Of a stretch of 64,000 nt of DNA, positions 63,281 through 64,000 are shown piece by piece (positions within the stretch are counted from its first letter, which is position 1; every line of letters starts with the position of its first letter). Under the pieces are notes generated by a model. The model was not told the DNA's origin and did not search any database. It saw only the letters and a list, made by a program, of their open reading frames with translations. Origin of the DNA: Epiperipatus broadwayi (taxonomy: Eukaryota > Animalia > Onychophora); NCBI GenBank assembly GCA_028023455.1, contig JAQFVV010000003.1, forward strand, positions 7,006,001-7,070,000. Reading direction: 5' to 3'. The position numbers and the translations under genes were made by a program.

Positions 63281-64000
63281 AATCTTATTAAATTACTTAT
63301 CTATGATCTTTTAAAATAATAGGGTTTTTTTAATGTGGAATATACATACAAATATTTTATTTTTTATAAAAAGAAAATGTAAAATAATTATGATACATTT
63401 TCATTTAAATAATAATCTGGAAAGTTATTTATAATATTGATTATTTAATTTTATTTTTGTGTTGATATAAAAACCTTTCAGTAAGAATTATAGTTTAATG
63501 TACATCTTAATATGTAAAAAAAATTGCAGAAATAAAAGTACATTTTTTAGAACTAAGTATAGATCAGTTGGATTGGTGTGGCCTTTTCACTATTTCTAAG
63601 GAAGAATGTGGCCTTCTGTTTTAAAAAAGCAACACCACATGACTCTTAGCTTACTTTAACATTTGCATTAACACTACTAATCAATAATTATATCATGTTA
63701 TCCTGGAACCACTTATGTAAATGTAAACCAATCAGTTCTCCAGAATAGTTTCCAGCTATAGATCTTCATAAAGTTGGAATGAATTTACAATGTTGTAATG
63801 TTAACAGCTTTTAAATTATTAGCTTGAATAGTATAAAAAGAAGTAGCCACTGTAATGCTCATTAATGATAAAAGATAATATCCAAAAATTAATCTGGGCA
63901 TTTAGTTGATGCCATTGTTATCCTTCAGTTATTCATGCTTATATAATTGATCCAAAATAGAGTATCAGAGTAGTTCAATTATAGATATTAGATGTAACCT

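Overview
Very AT-rich (roughly a quarter GC by eye, not computed), strongly CpG-depleted eukaryotic DNA, most likely an invertebrate animal intron or intergenic region. I could not recognise any host protein-coding exon, rRNA, intact tRNA or CRISPR array. Most ORFs in the supplied track are chance frames or transposon debris. The window is a transposon graveyard. (1) Penelope-like elements (PLEs: RT and GIY-YIG remnants at 8.7-9.3, 13.9-15.1, 53.8-56.1 and 57.6-57.9 kb) plus short non-coding elements inserted as tandem or inverted copies, several with 12-14 bp target-site duplications (TSDs). (2) About 20 minimal type I hammerhead-ribozyme (HHR) motifs in at least six sequence families. These include a retrozyme-like dimer at 18.3-18.9 kb, a four-HHR array at 29.2-30.3 kb, and two motifs whose core 3-8 base pair is swapped (U3-A8, A3-U8). 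(3) Two unalignable ~1.78 kb TG...CA LTR-like elements, each carrying a split match to tRNA-Lys(CUU) about 190 nt inside its end. (4) hAT DNA transposons, including a SPIN/URR1-like MITE. (5) A ~100 bp tRNA-Gly-derived SINE with poly(A) and a 20 bp TSD, RTE-like LINE scraps and microsatellites. All family assignments are from motif recognition and memory; no database search or folding program was run.
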